Shown here in pieces: positions 11,624 through 23,218 of a DNA stretch of 64,000 nucleotides. The stretch covers positions 561,627 to 625,626 of the forward strand of contig NMRA01000045.1 of NCBI GenBank assembly GCA_002633005.1. The letters are read 5' to 3'. Under the pieces are notes generated by a model, which worked only from the letters and a program-made list of their open reading frames with translations, was not told where the DNA came from and searched no databases. The DNA comes from Phoronis australis (Eukaryota; Animalia; Phoronida). Position numbers and translations under genes: made by a program. Every line of letters begins with the position of its first letter. The first letter of the stretch is position 1.

Positions 11624-13107
11624 TTCAAGGTTACATAGAACCTTTTTGACAAGTCTGTGCACTGAGCCAAAGATAAAACAATAGATTAATTTAATGTGCA
11701 ACAATAGCAAAAGAATTATGTCAACAACATACATGTCCTGACCAAATTTCATTTGATCATGATAAAATCTCAAAAACACTTTATTGTAGTTTTTTTAGTC
11801 ATCATTTCTTTGTTTTATGCAACTTTTGATTTTTTTCATCAAAATCTTGAAAGTCCTATTTTTGATAGTTCCACGTACAAAAGTAGAAAATTGTAAAAGC
11901 AATTCCTTACAGTGTGTTGGAGAATAGTGCATACATAAGACATAGTGTGTGGAACTTTCATGTAAATAGGATCATCCATTTCTGCGGTATGATGTTTCTT
12001 ATTTTATAATTCTCCTAAGGTCCTTCGTAACCTTAAATTATATCAGATATACGATTCTAGTAAATGCATAAACAACCATGCTCCACTGTCAAATTTTATG
12101 GCAATATGAATTTTGTCTACTGATTCAATACCTTTTATTCAGTAGTCCCAGAGCAACATCTACTCTGCAACTGCTGAACCTGAATGAAAGTCCAGATTTG
12201 GAATAGCCAAGTTATCTTGCTGATGTCTTCCCTTTGACCATTTCTCGTCTGTCTGTTTCGGCTATATTGACTGGTAATGGTAGCACGTCTAGTCTTACTC
12301 TTAGATGACCATATAGCATAAAGTAAAAAGACAAACATTGGTATTAAAAATTTATTAAAATATTTCCCACGTTTTAAGCGTTATGCTCTTTATCTTGAGG
12401 TTATGATACAGACCTATCTTACGCTTGGTAAAAGGTGTACCGCTCGAAATGTGGGGACTATTTTACTACCGACGTGCGTATTTTTACTTTGTACTATTTT
12501 GCGTAACCTTTTAACCAAGGGTAAGGGAACGACATTTTAACATTTATTAGACCACCATCTGGGCCACTTGGAAGGTGTGTTGTTCATTTTTGATGTTTGT
12601 AGTAATTTTTGTGAAAAAATAGTCATATTCACTGACTATCCGACATTCAATGTAGCATAAAAAATTAACAAAATCGATAATGGAACCGAAGTTGGCCCCG
12701 TTTCACTATTTGCTAGCACACCTATTTTGTTACATGAGTCAAATTGCAGCTACACATATATATACTAAATGTAAGCAGAGTAATCAAAATGCAAAAAACA
12801 AATGTTTATTGATTTGAGCATGCAAAACAACACATGCAAATCGATACATCATATTAAGGTGAGTTAGGGTGATTTAGTAACCTATGTTGTTTAACTGAGT
12901 GTTTGCAATCTTGCGCAGAACAAGACAAGAGTAATCGGACAAAATACCTTTTGACTGTCATGACGCATAATTCTGTTAACAGCAAAAATCTCTGGTAATG
13001 GCTTCTATGGCAACAAAATTCTAAGAATGACTTAGTTACATCAGCTTTTGGCCATAATAGAATAAAAAAACGGACAATCGCTGCACAATTGAAAAAGTTC
13101 ATATTAA

Positions 13108-13145
13108 TTCGACGTTTTGTCTATTCATTAGACATCATCAGGATG
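13108..13145 (-). ncRNA. Minimal (Penelope-type) hammerhead ribozyme relic
   Basis: Minus strand: atc-CTGATGA-t-GTCTA-atgaa-TAGAC-AAAAC-GTC-ga. Perfect 5-bp stem II and ACGT minimal stem III; the G of GAAA is mutated to A in a CpG context. Confidence 0.6.
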
Positions 13146-14599
13146 ACTTAGTCGCTCTACTCTCTTTTCCCTTGCATTTGTCGCCATGAGCCCCAAAAGA
13201 CTACTCTGATGATTGATTTATCTCTCATCCAGCCGCCATGACGGGGCATTCCATCTGAATACCTTTGGTGTGTACTGCATGTGCTTTGCTGGTTGGCAAC
13301 ATGTTTTTAACAACATCCTTAAAAATGCACTTATTGCTGTCTGTAAGTTTTGTATATTTGAAATGATTTATTGTAAAGAGACAAGATTACGGAACTCAGC
13401 TGATGCTGCTAGCCGGCCAAGCTTTGTGATGGTTTTCATTTATTGAATGTAAACAAACGCGTAGGGCACCAGTAGGAAGCTCTGAGGAAATGCAGTTGGT
13501 TTCAGGAAGACTGCAATGTAAACCAACCTTCAGTAAAGGTGGGATTTCATGCACATTTTGCTCAAACAATTATATACAAACAAGACAAAATGTTTTTGAT
13601 AGATCTTTTTTCACGTTTATTCACACTTCCATTAAAATTTATTTATTTTTTAAACCCTTGAGAGGAAATCGATGCTATTATAAATATGGTCACTCCAGGA
13701 GTGAACAGTACGAACTAGATAAACAACATTCATAAACATGTGGTTGTACAATATAATTGTCGACTTGTGACATGCGCGTTATCCCAATCGGTTGGTAAAG
13801 CTAAGCGACCAGATTTCTGACCCCAAGTGCTGACCACATTGGCGACTGAGGCAATGACTCCCAGCAAACTGTTGCTTGTCTGGCCACAGCCATCAGCACC
13901 CTCTCGTTGCTCGCTGGTCAGAAAAAATTCATGACCTGTACTGTAACGTTAGTATCAGCGACAATGGGTCTCATGCACTCTGTAAAAATCTGACCCTAGT
14001 GTGTTTACATGGTGAATGCAAACAAGGATTGACTTCCCTAACTGGATGTGCAGCAGACACATCGGTAGTTACTAACTGACAGCTCTTTTGCACTGTTCCA
14101 TAGAATGGAATATAGCCAATCGACCCATATTGACGTTTTTAAGTGGCCCGTGTGTGTTTCGTAATGATCTATATACCATTACACTATTTCCTTATGTCTA
14201 TCAGTGTTTTGAATTTTATTGTCGGCCTGTCTGGAAACTAGAGATCCTGAATGGACTGAAATAGTGCAAGCCAAGATGAAACGGACAGAATGCTGTTTCC
14301 ATGTCATGGCCGTCATCTGTGTATGCTGATTTTCTACGGTTAATTCCAGTTGAAAATGATGAAAAACGGGGCCGCAGCTAGCCACTTGTGTCTGGAATGC
14401 ACAAACCACCTCACAAAATTTGGCGTTGACAAAATTTTGATAGCTCAAAGTGGCTACAAGCCTACACTCTGTCCTAGAAGGGAATTTTTGGTTTAGACTT
14501 GTACACCGCAATGAAATAGGTCTGGGCTTGTTCCTTAGAAGAGAAGTGATTTCTGGATTTGTAAAGCACTGGCAATTTCTTTAGAGTCATGTCGGGGCA

Positions 14600-14758
14600 C
14601 CGTAAACTCGCGGGTTAACGCCCTATGCGCTTAAATTGGGAAACCCTGAGACAGGGGGGTGGGGGATTACCCAAGCAGTGGGCGCTTAAGCCGAAAATTG
14701 ACCAAAAGTCGGGGATGAGCGATTACACGGGCATGGACGTTAACCCGTGAGTTTACGG
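14600..14758. mobile_element. pogo/mariner-type MITE (CCGTAAA...TTTACGG family)
   Basis: CCGTAAACTCGCGGGTTAACG / CGTTAACCCGTGAGTTTACGG|TA, with an internal gggcgcttaa motif shared with the 31374 and 57144 elements. Confidence 0.85.
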
Positions 14759-14988
14759 TATAAAATCACGACAAGCCAGCTTGTAGAGCCCGGTCCCAAC
14801 TGAAGTGATAACAAACTGTCATTGTTTTGAAGTCCTGAAATTATCTCCTATTTAATTGACTGAGTAATGATTTGAGACGGACATCACTGGAGTAGGAGAT
14901 GTAAACCAAACATTGTGATGGAAGGCTGGTTAATGCAAAATGTGGCAAAATAAAGTTTGACAGAAATTATTTTGCTGGACTCGGTCCT

Positions 14989-15063
14989 ACAGCCGATGAC
15001 CCGGTGCGGACCAATTGAGACCACCGCACTGGCGAAAGGCGAAGGCATGTCGTCCCCGGCTGT
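14989..15063 (+). ncRNA. Degenerate type I hammerhead-like three-stem motif
   Basis: acagc-CGATGA-c-CCGGTGCGG-(14 nt)-CCGCACTGG-CGAAA-ggcga..tcgtc-cc-ggctgt. Three stems are present but the core deviates. Confidence 0.35.
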
Positions 15064-18000
15064 TTTACTGGAATAAATGGTTCAAATCATAAATGCCGTA
15101 TGCGTACAAAGGTAGTTTCATACACTTGCATAAAGCTACAGACTTAGTCACAGTCCTGTGCCAACGATTGAATAACAAGGCCGACTGATGGCAGGGTAGG
15201 CTAAACGTGTTTTACTGGGTGTGATGAACTCTGGTAAACAAACAGTATAAAGAGAATAACAAACATGCAATATTAAAATAATTGAATCAAATTGCTATAC
15301 AGTTAGGATATCCTGATGATTAAACTTGTGAAAAGATCGAAAATAAATTTAGATGGAAAACTAAGATACTGGCGTTGGTCTCCCTGACTTCCATCACGCC
15401 AGGTGGGTGACTGCCAACACTGAATGACAGAATACCATTTGGTGGCGAAATAACTTCAGTAAGAAAACTTTCCCAGGTGCCAAATTGTATAATATAAGTA
15501 TTAATGAGTTCAAAGTAAAAGAAATAATTCCCACTCAGACAGAAACATTCCTATAAGCTGCTACCTGGCAGAGCTGGACCGCCTGACCTGCCGTGCGTGG
15601 ACATTTGTGTTCTCCGGGTAAGATGAACACATTAATTAGCTACTTGGGCCTTGAATGGGCAGAATTCGTGTGACAAAGGGATTAAAAAATACTGCGTCAT
15701 GCTCCTAATAATGCAATATTTTCCTATCGCCGACATTCAGCTCATTGACTAGTCACTACACTGCCTCACCGTTTGTGACACAGAATTTTTATATCTAGAC
15801 AACAGAGGTATACATTGTAAGCTTTTGTCATGTTTTAAAATATATTTTCCCTAATAATTGAAAATCAAAGCCATTGTAGCAAGTGAGTCTTTTTCTGCCG
15901 AAGAGTCAGGGCAACTGCAGGGGAATTACTTCGCCCATTACTGTGTCCGGACAGGAAAATCAAGCACAAGTGTGTGTTCCGAATATTGCAATTGAGATAT
16001 GGAGCTAAGTATTTTGAGATAAAATTTGTTTTTGTTTATTGAAATATGGCCGTGTGAGTTTTTTCTAATTTGCATTTAAATGGCCAGTAAAGCTGGTGCT
16101 GATTTGCTGCCAAGTGCGCACTGTGGTCACACTTCTGGGTAGTCACTCTAGGCTGGTACTTTGTATCTGAGTTTCTCGATATGGCGATAAAGATAAGGCA
16201 TTTGCTGACCTCAGTAGCCGAGTGTTGGCTGTGGGAGATGCGACGTACTTCACAAACTTATGATCATGCATTAAATACCATTCATCATATGCAAAGAACA
16301 GGTAAAATTTGAACAATAAATACGGTAATCAAGTTTGTATAAAAAGAACCAAAATGAGAATAAAAAACAACCAAACGAATAAATGCATCTACGCTCACGG
16401 TGATGTCAATATGTTTCTAAGGACAACATGACCGTCATTTAGGAATCGTTTGGAAACTGATGCACAGGAACAGACGGGAATAGTCGATGATTTTCCAATC
16501 TCGGCTGAGAATTCTCAGTGCACTAAAAGGCATTTAGTTTGATGACAGGAAGGAGGTAAACATTATGCCACGTACATATTACTTAATTTGGTATATATTT
16601 TTAAGTTTTTTAACTAGATTGCCCATTGAGATAAGGACTTTAATCCTTTGTCCTATAATTTGATGTGAATAGTGCAAGTTTACTCTACAGTAAAGTTGTG
16701 GTTTTAACAGAGAAGCTGTGTTGCCACAGTGAAAGCCATGAAAGTTTTATTGTACCTTTTGATATTGCTCAAAGTTTTGTGTTTTTTTATATCACCTGGT
16801 ATAAAACTGGTGCTTGCTTTCAGCTTCGCCGCCGCAAAATCATCATGAACAAAACCAATTTGGAAATAGCACAAGATCAATTTTTGTCTGGAGTGAAGAA
16901 GATAGTTCTCGTGGAAACCCGACTTCCCTAAATGATCAATTTACCCAGCATGCCTTGTCAATGTGTTATCCACGTGGGATATCTTTGCTCATGACATTTG
17001 ATTTATGGGATTGCAGATTTCAATTGGGGGCAACATTACTACACTGTAACGAAACAAAACATCAAATATTAATAGAATTCTTCATATGCTTAATGTACAG
17101 TACACATAGATGTCTACGTTTTATCCAATGGAACTTCCAATACAGACGGCGACTTCCAGGTGTCGTAATTTGGCATTGGGTGCCTTACTGTGTTACAGTG
17201 GGTCTTTTATAGTGCTTTGCACCTTTTAAAGATATCAAGAAGTTTGAGTAGGTCCAAGTCATAAGAGTGGGGAATAACTTTTTCAATTTATTAGCTGTCC
17301 AGTAAATTACCAGTTGTTTCCTGTCAAGACAGATGGCTGTGGTGGTCAGTTCCATTTACATTCAACTGTCATAGTGTAGATTGTTACACTTGTTTACAGT
17401 CAACTGTCATTAAGTGTAGATTATTACACTTGTGTTCAGCCATCACAACAGGAAGTAATAGGTTATTTTGTGTTTTCTTTTAGCTAAGTGTATCAGAATC
17501 TTAACGCTGAATTTGTTTTCAACTCATCGTCTCTTTGTCAAAGGGTTTCGTCAATATTGGGTAGCTGCGTAAACTCTATGCACCGGTTTTACCGAAATTT
17601 GGTATGCATGCGTGCACTGTTAAGTGATTTGATCATGGGGCAGTCTCTCATGTCCAGATAAAAATTACAGTTCTACATTAGATGTCATTCATTTAGAATA
17701 ACACGGTAATCATATCTTGTGAATATATGATTAGTTGGCTCTGACCAATCATTGCTGGTGACGTATGATTCTCTGGAGGCTTTTGTGGACTAAGTGAGTA
17801 ATTCAGACATGGAGTTAATCGTATTCTTGCGGATATTAGCGAGTGATTTTATGAACTGAGGTCTTCTCTGAGGAGTTCTTATATTATACATTGGGGCTCA
17901 AGAAACAGTTTTGAATTCGTCTCGAGATTTTTACATGCAGAATTGGTTCTCAGTAGAGTGTTGTTCGCATGTTAATTCAGTAGCCAGGAGTAGATATCTA

Positions 18001-19565
18001 GAAGTGTTTGGTAGTATAACGTTTTCTGGTCATTTCTTGTTTAGGTAGTGCCCAGTGAAACAGTTTTTAGCTGATAACCCAGCACATTTTTTAAGTATTC
18101 AAATTAAGGCTGTTCTGTTCTTCACCCTAACTCATTTTGAAACGTGTACTCACCGACTAAAAAGACAAGAAACATCTGTCTGTTTCATTTTCAGCCAAGG
18201 TTCTGTTTTGAAAAGCTGCATAAAATACGTAATAAATGAGGATAAGCAAGTTTTGAAACTCCACGGTTTGCCAAGTGATGATCAAAAAACTAATCCTGCA
18301 TCTTTTGTGCTCTTCTTAGAAATAGTGAGCCACAGTCTGGTTTTTCAAAACAATCACTGAAAGACCAGAACCAGCAAATGCTTTTGGCCTGATGCAGAAT
18401 TATATAATATTTTTCTCACAACCGCTTTTCCAAAAACTGCTTCCAAATTTATTCTGTTGTTTTCACCTTTGTTTCTATGGTTAGTGAATTTAATAGAACG
18501 GAGTATTTTGAAGATAGATACATCCATAATTTGGATAAATTATGGAAATCAAAGCAGCCATTATTGAAAATTCTACTTGTGCTCTTAACTACAGAACTAC
18601 AGTGTCTGAGGCACCACAGGTACATGATATTGATATTTGTGTGGATGCTTCTATGGTCAATTAATTTAATGAAATCAGTTTACAGTTTGCTGCATGACTC
18701 ATTTGCATAATTTATGTAAATAAAATTACCATTATTATAATTCTGTTTCTTCTCATAATTTCCTTAGAGACACTCTCTATATTATTTAGAAATTTGCACC
18801 CATTTTGTTGTTAGGGAGTTTAATGGAATCTGTTTACAGGTCATTGCATCATATATTTATATAATTAACGTAGCGGCATAAATGCGTGTGTGCCACAGGG
18901 AAAACACACTTTTTCGTTCAAACAAGATTTACTGTAAAAGAAAAATACAACGCTTTACAGTAATATAAAGCACTATATGTACAGGAAACGAGCATTTAAC
19001 ACAAATATAAGCTAAAAACTTACACTGATGTTGCATAATGCAGACCTTTTACAAACGCATCAAAAATATGTGCATAGAACTTCAGTGTTATTCACAACTC
19101 ATGTCTTGGCAACAATGATGAGGTTGAGACACTTTTGTGTGTACCATCTGAAATAACATCAGAAATCATTTTCAGGAGTCTGCTCTCTAAGTACAATGGA
19201 GTGTTCTAATGCATCACTTTAACTTCTCCTGATTTGCCTTTCGACTGTAGCATTATGCTTCACATACTTTAAATACTACCTTAGAAAATTTCCTGCCAGC
19301 AGTTACTGATGCACAACCTGGCATATTTAAAACAAAATCATTTTCTTTTTTATCGGTTTAGCGAGGACTTGTTTGTGGAGACCATTGCCTTCCAAAGTTA
19401 AGTGTACTTGACATAAACATCTACAAATTAAAGTCTTTGCACATTCATTTTGGCAGGTGTACATATTGACCGCTCACTCTGTGTCGTCGCCACAAATGTG
19501 ACTAGGCTGCTGTATCTCAACCCCAACTTTCATAAAACTGTCATAACCTGGGTTAGAGCTTAAAT

Positions 19566-19653
19566 TTAAAGCCGCATTTTGTCCTGTTTTAAGCTGGCTA
19601 AAATGAAAATTGATTTGAGTCTTTTAATCTCATAAAATTGGTCTCATAATATT
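19566..19653 (+). mobile_element. TTAA-flanked transposon left end; related copies at 51925-52012 and from 55489
   Basis: ttaaag...cattttgtcctgtt...ctggctaa...tctcataaaattggtctcataatatt is shared with 51925; tcatgaaattggtctcata occurs in the 55489 copy. Confidence 0.6.
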
Positions 19654-20359
19654 TGTTACTGTGACAAGTTTGTATGGTTTTGATGATAGAAGGAATATGA
19701 GACCGATTTAATGAATCAAAATGAATGTAAAAGGCATGATGTGATGTTTGTTTTTTGCTAAATGTGGGCGAAATGCTGAGTTAATTTCACAAGGATATTT
19801 GTTTCTAACTTATTTTGTAACTTTTAACAAAACCAAGAGGTTAAAGGCTTTGTATTAAGTTTTGTAAGATTTTATCTGTGGCCCTGAGCATCCCATGACT
19901 AATCTAGAACCTATGGAATTTGCCCAAACTGTTCTCGTTTTTTCAAAAATGAGATCTCAAAATTGCTTTTACGGTCTTGTTTCGTGTTTTCCTATGATGA
20001 AAAAATGGTAAAGGTTCCACTATTCTATTGTTCATACCTCATAAGTGATACATTTTGGAAACACTTTACTGACAAAATGTGCTGAATATGGACTCAATCT
20101 CCAACTTTGAATACCACTTACTAGAAACTAGAACTATTTCTTCGCACTTTTAGTTCAATAAGTTTCGTTCAAGAAACGTGAATCTAGAATACTGATCTAA
20201 AGCTTGTTGTTTAGTTGCGCAGAAAAATTTCAACATTAACGAAGACTTCACGGCGTTATGAAAATCACTCACTGAGATAACTCACATGATAGATAATTTG
20301 AGTGCAAGCCGTGAAGTCTGACAAAGGTCTTTGTGGGAACACTTAACAATGGCACTTAA

Positions 20360-22311
20360 GGTAGGTGTATACACTGATCAAATCTCCAGGTTCCTAACTA
20401 AAATGAGTAAAAATGGAGTTTTAACTAGTTAGACATGGCTCTGAAAGTGACAAAAATCGAAAAGAAATGTTTTTTGTAGTTCGTTTTTTTAAAAATCGTA
20501 TTTTTTAATTTTGAACAAATCCAATTTTACCTCGAATTTTTTTTCAAAATGCACAGGGATCATCATCAACTATTTCCTTACGCAATATTCTACTTATCCA
20601 TACCAAATATATGTACAAAATCATTATGATCTTGATTTTGTGGCATTTTTTGTGTGTGAGTTGGGGCAAGCACGCCACTTTTTGTCATTTGGTCACTTTC
20701 CGTCTAATAACTAAAAATCTGGTCCATTTATCAAAAAACCCTGGCACGCGATTTTACTTCAGTCCAAGAGGATTTCAAATTTGCAACTTTCGTTAAAATT
20801 GACCCACGTGTTGTGGAAAAATAGGCCCGAGAATCGTGTCACTATCCTGAAATCACGAGTCGAGAAAAACGGCTTTGAAGTTAAGCGGTCATCGATTGCC
20901 ACTTGAGATCAAATTTCGTTCAGAATGCGTGGTCATTATGTTCCAATTTTTGTTGAAGTACTAGAAATAAAGCTGATATTTACTTCATATTTAGAAAATG
21001 TGACATACCTGTTTGTTTACAGCGTAATTTTAATCATTTTTTCGAACTTGTGATGCACGACAGACGACCAAAACAAATATGGCTGTCACGTGGGCGGAGC
21101 TTAGCGTTGATCTATTGTCTGCTGTACTGGTGTGCCGACCACCATGTGTTGATTGTTTATACGATTCATCTGAACTCTCCACTCAGTTTGTAAAAGACTC
21201 TCTAACTATATTACACAGACCTATTTGTTAGTATTCCAATATTATCATCAACCAATATATGTGTTATATCAAATCGCCGCGTTACTGCCTACATAACAAT
21301 ATTGGCGACGAGGATAAAGAACTACTTTCATAGTAATGGTTCAACATTTTTACGTGCCTGTACCGAATGGACTTTGGGATAAGAAAATATCACTTTCTGC
21401 GCAAATAGCGCCGCTTGGGTGAGATTCTCAAGTTACTTAAGTTTCTTATATTGCTTTCCTCTAAAATCGTATAATATCATGAGTTTTAATTCAGGGTTAC
21501 GTTTGAATCTATGCACTAGAAAATTTTTTGTTATGTTGAACACTGGGTCATTTCTCTAATTCTTTGGGTTACGGCCAGTGGCAAGTTAAAAATCCTCTGG
21601 GTTTGACAGCCTAGTTTCTCCACGGCACGTTCCCAGCACAGAAGCACGGTTTATCTGCGAAGACTCTACTCTGACGGCATGTAGTTGTCCATGTGTCGCG
21701 CGCGCGGCTTGTCTTCACAGCGCGTGCATGCACTCTCACCGAATCGTGCAACACCACCCACGTCGACACTCAGCGTCCTCTCGCAAGACAACTGACCTTA
21801 TATTACCGACTTCTCTTATACATGCACAATTTCTGCACGGACTCCTCAAGCTGAGTGCAGTGATGGCTTCGGTAGGGCTTGGCGTACTCAACTTAATTTT
21901 TTTGCAGATAGACAAACAGGCTCAGGCTCGGAACAGGAGCTAGTTCACCATTTCACTACTAACTTTCACATGGTCAAAAATAGAATTGTTTTATTCTTGG
22001 TCTTGCTACAACACCAATATCAGCTGGTACATCACTCTCGATTGCCCGGTTACGCAATGCTTGTTGACAGGGTTAGATTAGAGCTAGTGTCCTTGTATAT
22101 AAGCTCCGCCCCAGTTGTCAATCACTGAGCTGGTGAGCACTCAAGCCATATGACTTACTGAGGCTTGGTCAAATATAGCTAAAAAAACAACTTTGGATTT
22201 TCAGAATGATTTTATTTTTCTTCAGTATACTGTGCATCAAGAATTAAAGATTAGGATGACATAAAAATGTAAAAAACAGTCAAAATTAATTTTTTTGTGT
22301 ATCCACCTACC
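20360..22311. mobile_element. Non-autonomous Kolobok-type (TTAA) DNA transposon, 1952 bp
   Basis: TTAA|GGTAGGTGTATACAC ... GTGTATCCACCTACC|TTAA: 14/15 TIR, TTAA TSD (20356-20359, 22312-22315). Confidence 0.85.
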
Positions 22312-23003
22312 TTAACGAGAGATATTTTGTAAAACTATCAGCCATTTCTGAGATTTCTGAAGTTAACCCGTTTTGAAGTTCAATTTAGGGATATGTTGTC
22401 ATTCAGTTTTCATTGCAAGAGATTGCCTGACCTTCCCTTTGAAGAATTTTATCTTCCAGTTGTTTCATTATGGTGGCGCCATCTTTTGTGAGTTGATTAG
22501 GCCAGGAGACTTCGTATTAGGCAATGAATGACACAAGATTGGAGCACAGTTCTTAATGTAAGGACGTCCAAAACAGGGTCTCTGATTAGGGTGCAGTAAA
22601 ACCTTACTAATTTAGGACACAGTATGGTGGACACAACAGTGACACATATTAGTGCTGGTCTTTTAGTAAGCACCGTGCACCGCTCTTGAGTAAGTCGCAG
22701 CCCGACTTCACAGTGGGAAATGCATGGAACATGTTGTCCTTCATCCGTGCATATTTCAAGAAGTTTGCATTGTAAGCCCTTTTACATCCCCACCGCACAA
22801 CAGTAGAAGACCTGATCACTGTCTCGTGGTATAGTGAATTTCAATATGGCCTGGCTATTTCGAAATTCAACTATTGACACTTTTATTAGAGTTCCAGTCC
22901 AAAAAGTGAATTTTATCAGAAAACTAAGACACCTTTTGTAGTGGAATCTTGCTGTAAAGTCATCTTCGTGTATACTACCTGTATAATCATTTGAATATCT
23001 TTA

Positions 23004-23004
<1 letters not shown>

Positions 23005-23054
<50 letters not shown>

Positions 23055-23055
23055 T
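23005..23055. repeat. (TG)n(CGTG)n compound microsatellite
   Basis: Read directly. Confidence 0.97.
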
Positions 23056-23085
23056 TGGAGTTGAACCTGAGTGACAAAGCATTCT

Positions 23086-23218
23086 ATTATTTTCCACTGC
23101 AATACTGATTTGCCTTGTTAATGGTATTAACAAGAATTGTTTTTTTAAACATTCGATTATTTTCCATTGCAACACTGATTTACCTTGTTAATGGTATTAA
23201 CAAGAATGTTTTTTTAAA
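23086..23218. repeat. Tandem duplication of a 70-bp unit containing a hairpin
   Basis: Two copies of attattttcca.tgcaa.actgattt.ccttgttaatggtattaacaagaa; stem CTTGTTAAT-ggt-ATTAACAAG. Confidence 0.9.

Noticed and set aside
11453-11779. ORFs with VPLLCGRVY / HIDTSTQQR repeats
   Set aside because: Derived from the 27-bp tandem repeat; no splice or codon support.
12418-12525. 18-bp imperfect inverted repeat
   Set aside because: No TSD or second copy seen; probably an old MITE remnant but unsupported.
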